Assembly (NCBI GenBank): GCA_036555445.1 | Contig: DATBLH010000069.1 | Location: forward strand, 65,339 to 129,338 | Length of the DNA: 64,000 nucleotides | Direction: 5' to 3' | Origin: Candidatus Limnocylindrales bacterium | GTDB taxonomy: Bacteria; Chloroflexota; Limnocylindria; Limnocylindrales; CSP1-4 | The notes under the pieces: generated by a model | What the model was told of the DNA's origin: nothing | The model's database searches: none | Seen by the model: the letters and a program-made list of their open reading frames with translations, nothing else | Shown here: piece after piece, positions 52,634 through 61,774 of the stretch | Position numbering within the stretch: the first letter of the stretch is position 1 | How the letters are laid out: every line of letters starts with the position of its first letter | Program-made: the position numbers and the translations under genes

Positions 52634-52710
52634 TGGTGGGCGGTGCTGGGCTCGAACCAGCGACCTCCTCGGTGTAAACGAGGCGCTCTGACCGACTGAG
52701 CTAACCGCCC
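52634..52710 (-). tRNA. tRNA-Val (UAC), CCA encoded
   Basis: Minus strand: GGGCGGTTAGCTCAGTCGGTCAGAGCG-CCTCG-TTTACAC-CGAGG...GCTGGTTCGAGCCCAGCACCGCCCACCA. Confidence 0.9.
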
Positions 52711-52760
52711 GGGGGAACGCGCACGGGACAGGCCCGCCCGCGGCGAGGCGTCGGCAGAAG

Positions 52761-52845
52761 TGGTGCCCAGGCCGGGACTTGAACCCGGATGAGTTGCCTC
52801 ATACGCCCCTCAAACGTACGCGTATACCAATTCCGCCACCTGGGC
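52761..52845 (-). tRNA. tRNA-Leu (GAG), CCA encoded
   Basis: Minus strand: GCCCAGGTGGCGGAATTGGTATACGCG-TACGT-TTGAGGG-GCGTA-long variable arm-CCGGGTTCAAGTCCCGGCCTGGGCACCA. Confidence 0.85.
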
Positions 52846-52884
52846 AGGTGTCCCGCCGATCGATGGGTCCATGAGGGGTCGGCG

Positions 52885-52971
52885 TGGTACCGAGGAAGGG
52901 ATTTGAACCCATACGCCCTTGCGGGCACTAGCTCCTGAAGCTAGCGCGTCTACCAGTTCCGCCACCTCGGC
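52885..52971 (-). tRNA. tRNA-Leu (CAG), CCA encoded
   Basis: Minus strand: GCCGAGGTGGCGGAACTGGTAGACGCG-CTAGC-TTCAGGA-GCTAG-long variable arm-ATGGGTTCAAATCCCTTCCTCGGTACCA. Confidence 0.9.
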
Positions 52972-53001
52972 GCGGACCCATCGCCGAACCGTCGAGCAGG
53001 C

Positions 53002-54714
53002 TCATTGGTTCGGGGCGAGGCGCCATGCTAGCACATCCCAAAATCGATCCGACGGGTCCGCGACCTGCCTCGGAGTCGGTCCCACGACGTCCTCGCGGAG
53101 CACCGCGATGACGTCCCGGAAGGCCAGCGGGAGGACGTACTGACGACTCGACAGATGCGCCTGGAGGGCCGTGTAGGCGGTCGCCCGGGCATCCTGCGAC
53201 CCCGGTGCGCGGGCCGCCGCCAGAAGGCGATCGAGGGCGGGATCCTGGAGCCCGATGATGTTCGTCCGGTTGCTCGTCGTCTGTGACGACGCGAGCAGCG
53301 GGTAGAGGTCCGGATCCAGGCCGACGGCGATGTCGATCACGGCGGCGTCGAAGCTGCCGGCGGTGAGCCGGTCGGCGACGAGCTCGGCCGGTGGCAGGGC
53401 GACGTGGGTGGCCTTGATTCCGAACGCCGTCCAATCCTTCGCGACCTGCTCGGCGGCCGCGAAGGCGATCGGGTTCGATGCCGTGTCCGGCCCGACGACC
53501 TCGATCGCGAGCGGCTTCGTCGTCCGTGGAAGGAACCAGCCCGCCTCGCCCCGCCGCCAGCCCGCATCGAGGAGAGCGCGGCGGGCGGCTCGACGGTCGA
53601 AGCCGACGGGCGTGCTGACCGCGATGTCGAACGCCCACGAGCCGGGCGGGATCAGGGAGTCGGCGCGGACCGCTTCGCCGCCGAAGGCGGCCCCGATCAT
53701 CGTCTCGCGGTCGAGGGCGGCCAGAAGCGCCCGACGCGCCACCGGGACCCGGAACGCCGGGTGGTTCGGGCGAAGGTTGAGGGCGATCGCCGTGAGGGTC
53801 GAGCCCGGGTAGCGAACGAGTCTGGAGCCGGGCTGCGTCCCGAGCTCCGCGGCGAGCGGCGATGGCAGACCCGAGGCGGCGTCCAGCTCTCCCGACCGAT
53901 ACGAGGCAGCCAAGGCGTCGGGGTCGTCGAAGAAGCGCAGCTCCATCCTCCTGAGCACCGGAACCGGGTGATCCGGGGTGGGGGTGGGTGTCGGAGATGC
54001 GAGGGAGTCGCTGGGTGGGGCGCTCGCCCCCGGCTGGCGGAGCGCGTCCGCCGGCACGAGGACCGCGCGGTCGTCGGCCAGCCCCTCGAGGGCAAATGGG
54101 CCGTTTCCGATCGGCGCCTGCCCGAACGAATTGGTGGCCAGGTCGGCGACAGGGACGTCACCCAGGAGGTGCTGGGGCGCGATCGGCTGTGTGGCGGCCT
54201 GCAGGAAGCCGCCGATCGGCGTCTGGAGCTCGAATCTGACCGTGGTCGGATCGGTGACCGACACGCTCACATCGCGCCACGACGCGGCGGCCGGCCCGGC
54301 GTAGTCCGGGTCCTGGAGGGTCTGGATCGTGAATGCCACGTCGTCCGCGGTGACGTTCACGCCGTCGTGCCAGCGGGCGCCATCGCGGAGCGTGAAGTCC
54401 CACGTCCGTCCGTCCGCCGAGGTGGTCCAGTCCTCGGCGAGGTCGCCGACGAGGGAACCACCGGGGCCGAGGCGCACGAGGCCGGAGAACAGGAGCGCCA
54501 CGAGGTCGCGGTCGGCCTGGCTGCGCGCCGTCAGGGGGCTGATCGAGACGGGATGACCCACGATCCCCTCGCGGAAGACACGGGGCGTGGCCGGGGTCGG
54601 GGTCACCGGCACCGAGACCGGTGGGGGCTCGAACGACGGGATGGCGATGGCGACCGTCAGGACGACGAGGGCGAGGGAGAGCGCCCCGACGACCGCGCGA
54701 TCACGACGTTGCAC
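53002..54714 (-). CDS. ABC transporter substrate-binding protein, family 5 (peptide/nickel type), membrane anchored
   Basis: 570 aa with an N-terminal TM anchor. The SBP_bac_5-like pattern is present (LVRLGPGGSLVGDLAEDWTTSADGRTWDFTLRDGARWHDG). No permease or ATPase gene is adjacent. Confidence 0.8.
   Translation of the reverse strand: MQRRDRAVVGALSLALVVLTVAIAIPSFEPPPVSVPVTPTPATPRVFREGIVGHPVSISPLTARSQADRDLVALLFSGLVRLGPGGSLVGDLAEDWTTSADGRTWDFTLRDGARWHDGVNVTADDVAFTIQTLQDPDYAGPAAASWRDVSVSVTDPTTVRFELQTPIGGFLQAATQPIAPQHLLGDVPVADLATNSFGQAPIGNGPFALEGLADDRAVLVPADALRQPGASAPPSDSLASPTPTPTPDHPVPVLRRMELRFFDDPDALAASYRSGELDAASGLPSPLAAELGTQPGSRLVRYPGSTLTAIALNLRPNHPAFRVPVARRALLAALDRETMIGAAFGGEAVRADSLIPPGSWAFDIAVSTPVGFDRRAARRALLDAGWRRGEAGWFLPRTTKPLAIEVVGPDTASNPIAFAAAEQVAKDWTAFGIKATHVALPPAELVADRLTAGSFDAAVIDIAVGLDPDLYPLLASSQTTSNRTNIIGLQDPALDRLLAAARAPGSQDARATAYTALQAHLSSRQYVLPLAFRDVIAVLREDVVGPTPRQVADPSDRFWDVLAWRLAPNQ
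53025..53033 (-). promoter_or_regulatory. Extended -10 promoter candidate for the tRNA Leu-Leu-Val cluster (TGcTAGCAT)
   Basis: Minus strand reads TGTGCTAGCATGG, inside the last codons of the SBP gene and 53 nt upstream of the tRNA-Leu(CAG) 5' end. Confidence 0.45.
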
Positions 54715-54732
54715 GCCGGGCCCCGCGCAGGA

Positions 54733-54966
54733 TCAGACCCTCGTCGTGGGCGCAAACACGAACGAGGCGAGGGAGAACAGCACGAACAGCACGAGCAGCA
54801 CGATCGTGAACTGCCACAACCGGCGCTCGATCCCCCGCCGACTCCGGTACACCGCCGAGTCCCCGCCGAAGGTTCCGGACAGCCCGGTGCCCCGCGCCTG
54901 CATCAGGATCGCGACGATCAGCGCAATGCTGACGATGATCTGGCCAAGGGCCAGGAACGGGTTCAA
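54733..54966 (-). CDS. secG: Preprotein translocase subunit SecG
   Basis: IIVSIALIVAILMQARGTGLSGTFGG. I prefer TTG 54966 (GGAGG 7 nt upstream) over the tracked GTG 55005. Confidence 0.85.
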   Translation of the reverse strand: MNPFLALGQIIVSIALIVAILMQARGTGLSGTFGGDSAVYRSRRGIERRLWQFTIVLLVLFVLFSLASFVFAPTTRV

Positions 54967-55045
54967 GAAGCGCCCTCCGTGCAGTACGGCGAGGGAGGAT
55001 AGCACGGGCTTCCGGCCGATCCGGTGACCGGCCTGCCGCCTTCGA

Positions 55046-56632
55046 TCATCGAAGCAGCGATCGACCGGTCATCCCCTCCCACCGAGGCAACCCGAGCAGC
55101 TCGAGGATCGTGGGGGCGACGTCGGCGAGGCTCCCGTCACGGAGCTGCCGCCCCTCGACGGCTCGACCCACGACGACGATCGGGACCGGGTTGAGGGAGT
55201 GGGCCGTGACGGGCCGTCCATCGGCGTCACGCATCCGGTCGGCGTTGCCGTGATCGGCGGTGATCATCAGGATGGCACCCGGACCCGTTGTGATGTCGAT
55301 TCGCTCGGTGGCAGCGGCCACCCGGCCGAGGCAGGTATCGATCGCCTCCAGGGCCGCGACCGTCGCGTCCCAGTCGCCCGTGTGGCCCACCATGTCCGGG
55401 TTGGCGAAGTTGGCGACGATCCACTCGTGGCGGCCCGACTCGATCGCGGCCACGAGCGCGTCCGTGACACCGGGGGCGCTCATCTCGGGGTGGAGGTCGT
55501 AGGTCGCGACCCGTGGTGACGGGACGAGGAGTCGCTCCTCGCCAGGGAACGCGGCCTCACGGCCACCATTGAGGAAGTACGTCACATGCGCGTACTTCTC
55601 GGTCTCCGCGACGTGGAACTGGCTCCAGCCGGCTTCGGACATCGCCTGGGCCAGCGAGCGGACCACCACCGGCGGAAAGGCGACCTCGACCGGGAGGCCC
55701 GACTCGTACTCGGTCATCGTGACCACGAGGATCCCCGCCGGCGGCGGACGGCCATCGGCCGAGCCGCGGTCGAAGTCGCGGAAATCGTGATCCGCGAGGG
55801 CGTGGGTCAGCTGGCGAGCCCGGTCGGCCCGGAAGTTCGCGTGCACGATCGGGTCCCCGTCCTCGACCGCACCATCCGTCCCGTCGATCACGGTCGGCCG
55901 CACGAACTCGTCCGTCTCGCCACGGGCATCGGCCGCGGCGATGGCCTGGGTTGCCGACGGCGCGTGCTCCCCCACTCCATGGACGATCGCGTCGTACCCG
56001 GCCTTCGTCCGGTCCCACCGCCGGTCGCGGTCCATCGCGAAGTAGCGGCCGCCAACCGAGGCGATCCGGGCGTCGGGGTGCGCCGCGATCAGCTGGGCTT
56101 CCAGGTCGCGGACGTACCCCAGCGCCGACGACGGCGGCGTGTCGCGACCATCGAGGAGGGCGTGGACACGGACCCTTGGCACAGCCTCACGGGCTGCGAG
56201 CGTGGCCAGGGCGACGAGATGACGGTCGTGGGCGTGGACCCCACCCGGCCCGACCAGGCCGACGACGTGGAGCGTGCCGCCGCCGGGCCGGCGAGCGCGC
56301 TTGGCCGCGTCCAGCAGCGCCGGGCGGCGGTAGAACGACCCGTCCGCGATCGCGGCATCGATCCGGGGCAGGTCCTGCACGACGGGCTTGCCGGCGCCGA
56401 TGTTCAGGTGGCCGACCTCCGAGTTGCCCATCTGACCGGCGGGGAGGCCGACCGCCTCGCCGGACGCCTCCAGCGACGCATTCGGCCAGCGGGCGATCAG
56501 ACTCCGCCACACGGGCATCCGGGCCGCGGAGATCGCGTCGGCGGCCGGGTCGGTGCCGATGCCGAAGCCGTCGAGGATGACGAGGACGAGCGGCCGCGGA
56601 CGACCGGAGCCCGGCGTGTCGCCCGGGGTCAC
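55046..56632 (-). CDS. gpmI: 2,3-bisphosphoglycerate-independent phosphoglycerate mutase
   Basis: LVILDGFGIG...GQMGNSEVGHLNIGAG...ITADHGNA. GTG 56632 forms a GTGA overlap with the tpiA stop. The tracked 759-aa ORF is over-extended. Confidence 0.95.
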   Translation of the reverse strand: MTPGDTPGSGRPRPLVLVILDGFGIGTDPAADAISAARMPVWRSLIARWPNASLEASGEAVGLPAGQMGNSEVGHLNIGAGKPVVQDLPRIDAAIADGSFYRRPALLDAAKRARRPGGGTLHVVGLVGPGGVHAHDRHLVALATLAAREAVPRVRVHALLDGRDTPPSSALGYVRDLEAQLIAAHPDARIASVGGRYFAMDRDRRWDRTKAGYDAIVHGVGEHAPSATQAIAAADARGETDEFVRPTVIDGTDGAVEDGDPIVHANFRADRARQLTHALADHDFRDFDRGSADGRPPPAGILVVTMTEYESGLPVEVAFPPVVVRSLAQAMSEAGWSQFHVAETEKYAHVTYFLNGGREAAFPGEERLLVPSPRVATYDLHPEMSAPGVTDALVAAIESGRHEWIVANFANPDMVGHTGDWDATVAALEAIDTCLGRVAAATERIDITTGPGAILMITADHGNADRMRDADGRPVTAHSLNPVPIVVVGRAVEGRQLRDGSLADVAPTILELLGLPRWEGMTGRSLLR

Positions 56633-57453
56633 GACCGCGGCGAGGCGCGCATCGCCGGGTCGACCGCCCGTCGGGCGCGAGCGGTCACCGCCGCCCGGGC
56701 AACGATGCCGGCCATCTCGTCGGGCTTGAGCGACGCGCCGCCGACGAGCGCGCCGTCGATCGAGGGCTCGGCGAAGAACTCGTCGATGTTGGCGGAGGTC
56801 ACGCTGCCGCCGTAGAGGATCGGCGTGGTCTCCGAGACCAGGGGTGGCCCCAGCTGCCGGATCGCGTTGGCCATCGCGGCGGCGTCGGCGCCGCTCGCAT
56901 TGCGCCCGGTGCCGATCGCCCATACCGGCTCGTAGGCGATCACGAGGCCGCCGTTGGTGAGGGAATGACCAGCATTCGGCTGCAGGGCGCCCCGCACCTG
57001 ATCGAGGACGACCGCCTCGGCGGCGGCGGCTCCCGATTCGCGGACCGACAGCGATTCGCCCACGCACAGGATCGGCCGAAGCCCGGCATCGAGGGCACGC
57101 GCCAGCTTGGCCGCGATCTGCGCGTCGGTTTCGCCCGCGTCCCGGCGCCGCTCCGAGTGCCCGACGATGACCCAGGTCGCCAGTCCCGCCAGCATCGGCG
57201 CCGAGATCTCGCCCGTGTAGGCTCCCTGCAGCTCGTGGTGGACGTTCTGGGCCGCCACCGCCACGTCCTCGCCTGCTTCCGCGAGGGCGTCGCGGACGGC
57301 GGAGAGGCAGACATACGGTGGGCACAGGACGCGTGTCACCGCAGGCTCGCGGGTCCGCGCGGCGATCGTCCGGGCCAGCTCGGCCGCGTCGCCCGGTGTC
57401 GTGTGCATCTTCCAGTTACCGGCGACGACGACCTCGCGCATCGCCGGAATCAT
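56629..57453 (-). CDS. tpiA: Triosephosphate isomerase
   Basis: VVAGNWKMHTT...VIVGHSERR...IAYEPVWAIGTG...ILYGGSV. ATGA overlap with the whiA stop. Confidence 0.95.
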   Translation of the reverse strand: MIPAMREVVVAGNWKMHTTPGDAAELARTIAARTREPAVTRVLCPPYVCLSAVRDALAEAGEDVAVAAQNVHHELQGAYTGEISAPMLAGLATWVIVGHSERRRDAGETDAQIAAKLARALDAGLRPILCVGESLSVRESGAAAAEAVVLDQVRGALQPNAGHSLTNGGLVIAYEPVWAIGTGRNASGADAAAMANAIRQLGPPLVSETTPILYGGSVTSANIDEFFAEPSIDGALVGGASLKPDEMAGIVARAAVTARARRAVDPAMRASPRS

Positions 57454-58289
57454 GCCAGAGCGGGATCCGCCTCCGGGCGTCGACGACCGGCTCGGCGACG
57501 AACTCGGCCGCCGGCGTTCCGTCCGGGGCCGTGATCGACGGCAAGCCGTTCCAGGCGCTCGAGGGCCCGCTGGACCGCCGAACGATGGAGTCCCAGGCGC
57601 TCGGCGAGCTCGCCGAGGGTCGCTTCGGGGGTCGCCCGACGCGCCGCTGCGACCCGGCGAACCGCCGTGGGCTGCGTCTCCAGCCGGCCGTCGGCATCGA
57701 GCACCTCGATCGCGGCGACCTGGCGTCCGGCCGCGGTCACGGCGCGCTCGAGGTTCGCCGATTCCGCATTGAGGACGCGGTTGAGGTCGCCGCGGAGAGC
57801 GCGGGCCACGGATCGCGCCTCGAGCTCCAGCAACGTTGCTCCGCCACCGACCAGCCGCAGGAACGTGCCCACGGTCTCCGTCCCCTTCCAGGTGACGACG
57901 CCGCGCCCGCGTCGCAGTCGCCAGGAGGCAGGCAGCTCGATCGACTCGAGACGGGAGGCGAGCACGGGGGCGTCCGCGGGCTCCACGACGAACTCGAGGT
58001 GCGTCCTGCCGCCGGCAACCGACAGCGATCCGGCGGCCAGGAATCGCCCCCGGAGCCAGGCCGTGCGGCAGTGGTCGGCGGCGCCGTCCCAGTCGAACTC
58101 GGACGACCGCTCGGTGCGTCCCCGGGTCATCCCGAGGCGCACGGCCAGCCTCCCGACGACCGCACGACGACCGGCTCGTGCCGGTTCCAGCCCGGCGCGT
58201 TCGGCGGCCCGATCACACGGCCGGGACGGATCGATCGACGCGATCTCCGCGCGAAGCGCCGCCACGAGGTCCCGATCCGTGCTGCCCAA
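57450..58289 (-). CDS. whiA: DNA-binding protein WhiA (short form)
   Basis: WLRGRFLAAGSLS...HLEFVV...LNRVLNAESANLERAV..., with a C-terminal HTH LGELAERLGLHRSAVQRALERL. I infer the start at TTG 58289, with GTG 58265 as an alternative. Confidence 0.85.
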   Translation of the reverse strand: MGSTDRDLVAALRAEIASIDPSRPCDRAAERAGLEPARAGRRAVVGRLAVRLGMTRGRTERSSEFDWDGAADHCRTAWLRGRFLAAGSLSVAGGRTHLEFVVEPADAPVLASRLESIELPASWRLRRGRGVVTWKGTETVGTFLRLVGGGATLLELEARSVARALRGDLNRVLNAESANLERAVTAAGRQVAAIEVLDADGRLETQPTAVRRVAAARRATPEATLGELAERLGLHRSAVQRALERLERLAVDHGPGRNAGGRVRRRAGRRRPEADPALA

Positions 58290-58300
58290 GCTCGTCGTCC

Positions 58301-59653
58301 CTAGGCCGAGCGCGCCACGGCCGACCGCCGCCGCGAACCCTCCTGCTCGAGGACACGCAGCAGGGCCCCCGCCAGTCGCTCCGGGTCGTGGTGATGCGCG
58401 TTCTCGGGATCGACGATGTCGTCGAGGATGAGCTGCGGCTCGCCACCGCCCGCCGGTGGCCAGCGGAGCCGGACCGACTCGGCCGGCCAGCCAGTCGGGC
58501 GACGGGCGCCGAACTGGTTGTTGGCCACCACGACGTCCACGAGCCCCGGGCCGGTATGAGCCACGAGCGCCGCGAGGTGGTCGGCAAGGTCGTAACCCGC
58601 CGTTTCGCCCACCTGGGTCGCCACATTGCACACGAACACCCGTAGACCCGGCGATGCCTGGACGGCGGCACGGATCGCGGGCAGCAGGAGCGCCGGCAGC
58701 AGGCTCGTGTACAGGCTCCCGGGCCCGAGCACCACGAGGTCCGCCTCGGCGATGGCCGCCACGGCATCCTCGGACGCCTTCACGTCGTCCGGCGTCAACC
58801 AGACCCGCTCGATGCCTCGCGATCGGCTGATCTGCGACTGACCATCGATGATCGAGCCGTCCCGCAGGCTCGCGTGGAGCGTCAGCGGCACCGACGACAC
58901 GGGCAGGACCTGCCCACGAACCGCGAGCACCCGGTTCATCCGGCGGACGCCCTCCTCGAAGTCGCCGTCCTCGATCGCCGTGAGGGCCGCGATCAGGAGA
59001 TTGCCCACCGCGTGACCGCGGAGTCCAGGCGTGTCCTCCTCATCGCGCTCGGCGAGGCCGGTCTCACCATCGGGTCCCGGGAACCGGTACTGGAGCAGCT
59101 GGCTCATCAGTGGCTCGGCGTCGGCGAGAGCCGCGATGCAGTTCCGGATGTCGCCGACCGGCGGGATGCCGAGCTCCGTGCGCAGGATCCCCGACGAGCC
59201 CCCGTCGTCGGCGACGGTGACCACGGCCGTGAGATTGCCGGTGTGCTCCTTGACGCCACGCAGCAGCGTGGACAGACCGGTCCCGCCGCCGACCGCCACG
59301 ATCCTGGGGCCGCGCGCGAGGAACCGCTTCTGATAGATCACCTCGACGAGCGGAGGGCCGTCGCCCAGATCGCCGCGCAACGGGTCGGTGAAGGCCCGGA
59401 TGAGTCGAACCGTCCCGATGGCAAGGATCCCGAGACCGATCGCGCCCACGATGAGGCCACGGAACGGGTACGGCAGGAACTGGAGCGTTGCCAGGTCGAT
59501 CAGCACCTGGGCGATCCCGCCCGGGGCGAGGTCGCGGCTCACCTGTCGCAGCAGGTGGGCGACCCCGAGGGCGAGCAGCAACAGCCCCAGGAAGACCACC
59601 AGCAGCCAGCGCTTGACGCCGATGCCCGGCATCAGCCAGCGGCGAACGTTCAT
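58301..59653 (-). CDS. yvcK: YvcK/CuvA family gluconeogenesis factor (UPF0052, CofD-like) with N-terminal TM segments
   Basis: IVAVGGGTGLSTLLRGVK...VVTVADDGGSSGILR...GDIRNCIAAL. ATGA overlap with the rapZ stop. Confidence 0.9.
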   Translation of the reverse strand: MNVRRWLMPGIGVKRWLLVVFLGLLLLALGVAHLLRQVSRDLAPGGIAQVLIDLATLQFLPYPFRGLIVGAIGLGILAIGTVRLIRAFTDPLRGDLGDGPPLVEVIYQKRFLARGPRIVAVGGGTGLSTLLRGVKEHTGNLTAVVTVADDGGSSGILRTELGIPPVGDIRNCIAALADAEPLMSQLLQYRFPGPDGETGLAERDEEDTPGLRGHAVGNLLIAALTAIEDGDFEEGVRRMNRVLAVRGQVLPVSSVPLTLHASLRDGSIIDGQSQISRSRGIERVWLTPDDVKASEDAVAAIAEADLVVLGPGSLYTSLLPALLLPAIRAAVQASPGLRVFVCNVATQVGETAGYDLADHLAALVAHTGPGLVDVVVANNQFGARRPTGWPAESVRLRWPPAGGGEPQLILDDIVDPENAHHHDPERLAGALLRVLEQEGSRRRSAVARSA

Positions 59654-60666
59654 CCGCGCTCCAGCTCGCGGTGGAACACGGAGACCGGGCCGAATCCTTC
59701 CTCCCGCAGCCATCTCGCGAGCTCCTCGGCCAGGGCGATCGAGCGGTGATAGCCGCCGGTGCAGCCGATCGCGATCGTCAGCCGGTTCTTGCCCTCGGAG
59801 AGGTAGTTCGGGATCGAGAACGCCAGGAACTCCTCCACCAGGTCGAGGAAGCGTTGCGCGGTCTCCTGGCCGAGCACGTAATCGCGGACCGCCTCCGTGA
59901 GACCCGACAACTGCCGGAGCTCGGGGACGTAGTGCGGGTTCGTCATGAACCGGACGTCGAACACGAGATCGGCCTCGAGGGGGACGCCATGCTTGTAGCC
60001 GAAGCTGATCAACTGGATCGCGAGCTGGTCCGGGCCGGCGAGGTCGCCGAGGCGCCCGAACAGCCGCTCCCGCAGCTCGCGCAGGGAGAGATCCGACGTG
60101 TCGAGGACGACGTCCGCCTCGGTACGGACCGGCTCCAGGAGCACCCGCTCCTCGGCGATCGAGGCGGCGATCCCGCGGCGACCCGCCAGCGGGTGCCGGT
60201 GACGCGTCTCCGAGAACCGCCGGATGAGCACGTCATCGCGGGCCTCGAGGAAGAACACCTGCGGCCGGAGGCCGCGTCCCTCGAGGGCACCGCGCATCGC
60301 GGCGAACGCCAGCGTCGGATCGCCGGAGCGAACATCGAGGACGATCGCGACGCGCGCGAACCGATCCGGGTCCGATGACACGAGGTCGGCGAGCTCCGGG
60401 AGGAGCTCGCCGGGCAGGTTGTCGACGACCGAGTAGCCGAGGTCCTCGAACAGCTTCGCGGCAGCGGTCTTGCCACCACCCGACAGCCCGGACAGGATCA
60501 CCACGTGCTGGTCGGGCAGGTCCACGCTTCCGGCGCCGCCCGGCTCGGCGAGGATGGTGGCGCCGCGGCCATCGAGCGGCTCGTTCGCTTCGTTCGGCTC
60601 CCCCGCCTGGAGCGGCTCGTCCTCGAGCGGCTCGTCCGCGCTGGGCTCGCTGGCGGTCGCCATCAA
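59650..60666 (-). CDS. rapZ: RNase adapter protein RapZ (YvcJ) with an acidic N-terminal extension
   Basis: VVILSGLSGGGKTAAAKLFEDLGYSVVDNLP...CTGGYHRSIALAE. Confidence 0.9.
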   Translation of the reverse strand: MMATASEPSADEPLEDEPLQAGEPNEANEPLDGRGATILAEPGGAGSVDLPDQHVVILSGLSGGGKTAAAKLFEDLGYSVVDNLPGELLPELADLVSSDPDRFARVAIVLDVRSGDPTLAFAAMRGALEGRGLRPQVFFLEARDDVLIRRFSETRHRHPLAGRRGIAASIAEERVLLEPVRTEADVVLDTSDLSLRELRERLFGRLGDLAGPDQLAIQLISFGYKHGVPLEADLVFDVRFMTNPHYVPELRQLSGLTEAVRDYVLGQETAQRFLDLVEEFLAFSIPNYLSEGKNRLTIAIGCTGGYHRSIALAEELARWLREEGFGPVSVFHRELERG

Positions 60667-60667
60667 C

Positions 60668-61444
60668 CTAGCGGCCGGATCTCTTGATCGCGAGCACGGT
60701 CAGCTCGAACAGCAGATACATCGTCCCGCCAAGGACGACGGGGCTGACGATGTCGCCGCCGGGTGTCGCGAGCGCCGAGAACACGGCGACCCCGAGGACC
60801 ACCATCCGCCGCGATTGGCGCAGGCGCTGGGAGGTGAGGATCCCCACCCGGGACAGGCCGAACAGGAGGATCGGGAACTCCATCACCAGCCCGAACACGA
60901 GGAACAGGGTCGACACGAAGTCGAAGTACGGCTTGGCTGCGAGCTCGTTCCGGAACACGCTGGTCCCGAAGCTCAGCAGGAACCCCATCGCGAACGGCAG
61001 GATCAGGTAGGCGATCCCGACCCCGATCGCGAAGAACAGGAGCGCGAGCGGGATCCACGGCCGCACGGCCCGCTTCTCGTCGTCCGTCAGGCCGGGCGCG
61101 ACGAATGCCCACACCTGGTACAGGATCACGGGCATCGCGACCGCGATCCCGAACACGAGAGCGATCCGGAGATAGATCGAGAACGCATCGCCCGGGGCCA
61201 GGTTTTGGAGCGTTCCGCCGACCGGCTGGGCAAGGAGCCGGATGATCGGCTCCGCGAAGTAGAACCCGACGGCCGACCCGACGGCGATCGCGAGGATCGT
61301 GCGGATCAGTCGGGATCGGAGCTCGGTCAGGTGGCCGACGAGGGACATGACCGAGCCCTCGTCGGGCGCTTGTGGGGCGGGTTCGGGTGGAGGCTCGATC
61401 CGGTCCGGGACACCAGCCCCGCGGATCGCGTCGGCGTCGGCCAT
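60668..61444 (-). CDS. tatC: Twin-arginine translocase subunit TatC
   Basis: 258 aa: MSLVGHLTELRSRLIR...6 TM segments...FLVFGLVMEFPILLF. Confidence 0.95.
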   Translation of the reverse strand: MADADAIRGAGVPDRIEPPPEPAPQAPDEGSVMSLVGHLTELRSRLIRTILAIAVGSAVGFYFAEPIIRLLAQPVGGTLQNLAPGDAFSIYLRIALVFGIAVAMPVILYQVWAFVAPGLTDDEKRAVRPWIPLALLFFAIGVGIAYLILPFAMGFLLSFGTSVFRNELAAKPYFDFVSTLFLVFGLVMEFPILLFGLSRVGILTSQRLRQSRRMVVLGVAVFSALATPGGDIVSPVVLGGTMYLLFELTVLAIKRSGR

Positions 61445-61462
61445 GAGCCGTGAGCCGGGTCC

Positions 61463-61741
61463 CTAGGACCGGGTCTCGGTCGAGGCTTCGCTCGGGGGCG
61501 TGGACGGTGTCGCGGGCGGTGTCGCGGGCGGCGACGGGGTCGCCGTGGGGCTCGCCGGCGGTGTGGACGCAGTCCCCGCATCGATCCGCGTCGCTTCCTG
61601 GACGTCCGAGGACGCCTTCCGGAATTCGCGGATGCTCTTGCCGAGCGCCGAACCCACGTCTGGGAGCTTGCCCGGCCCGATGACCAGCAGGGCGATGACG
61701 AGGATGATGATCAGCTCGGGAGCGCCGATGTTGAACGGCAT
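61463..61741 (-). CDS. tatA: Twin-arginine translocase subunit TatA/E with a Pro/Thr-rich tail
   Basis: MPFNIGAPELIIILVIALLVIGPGKLPDVGSALGKSIREFRKA. I place the start at ATG 61741. Confidence 0.9.
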   Translation of the reverse strand: MPFNIGAPELIIILVIALLVIGPGKLPDVGSALGKSIREFRKASSDVQEATRIDAGTASTPPASPTATPSPPATPPATPSTPPSEASTETRS

Positions 61742-61774
61742 CTGGGTGAAGGACCTCGCGGGGGTCACGGCCGG

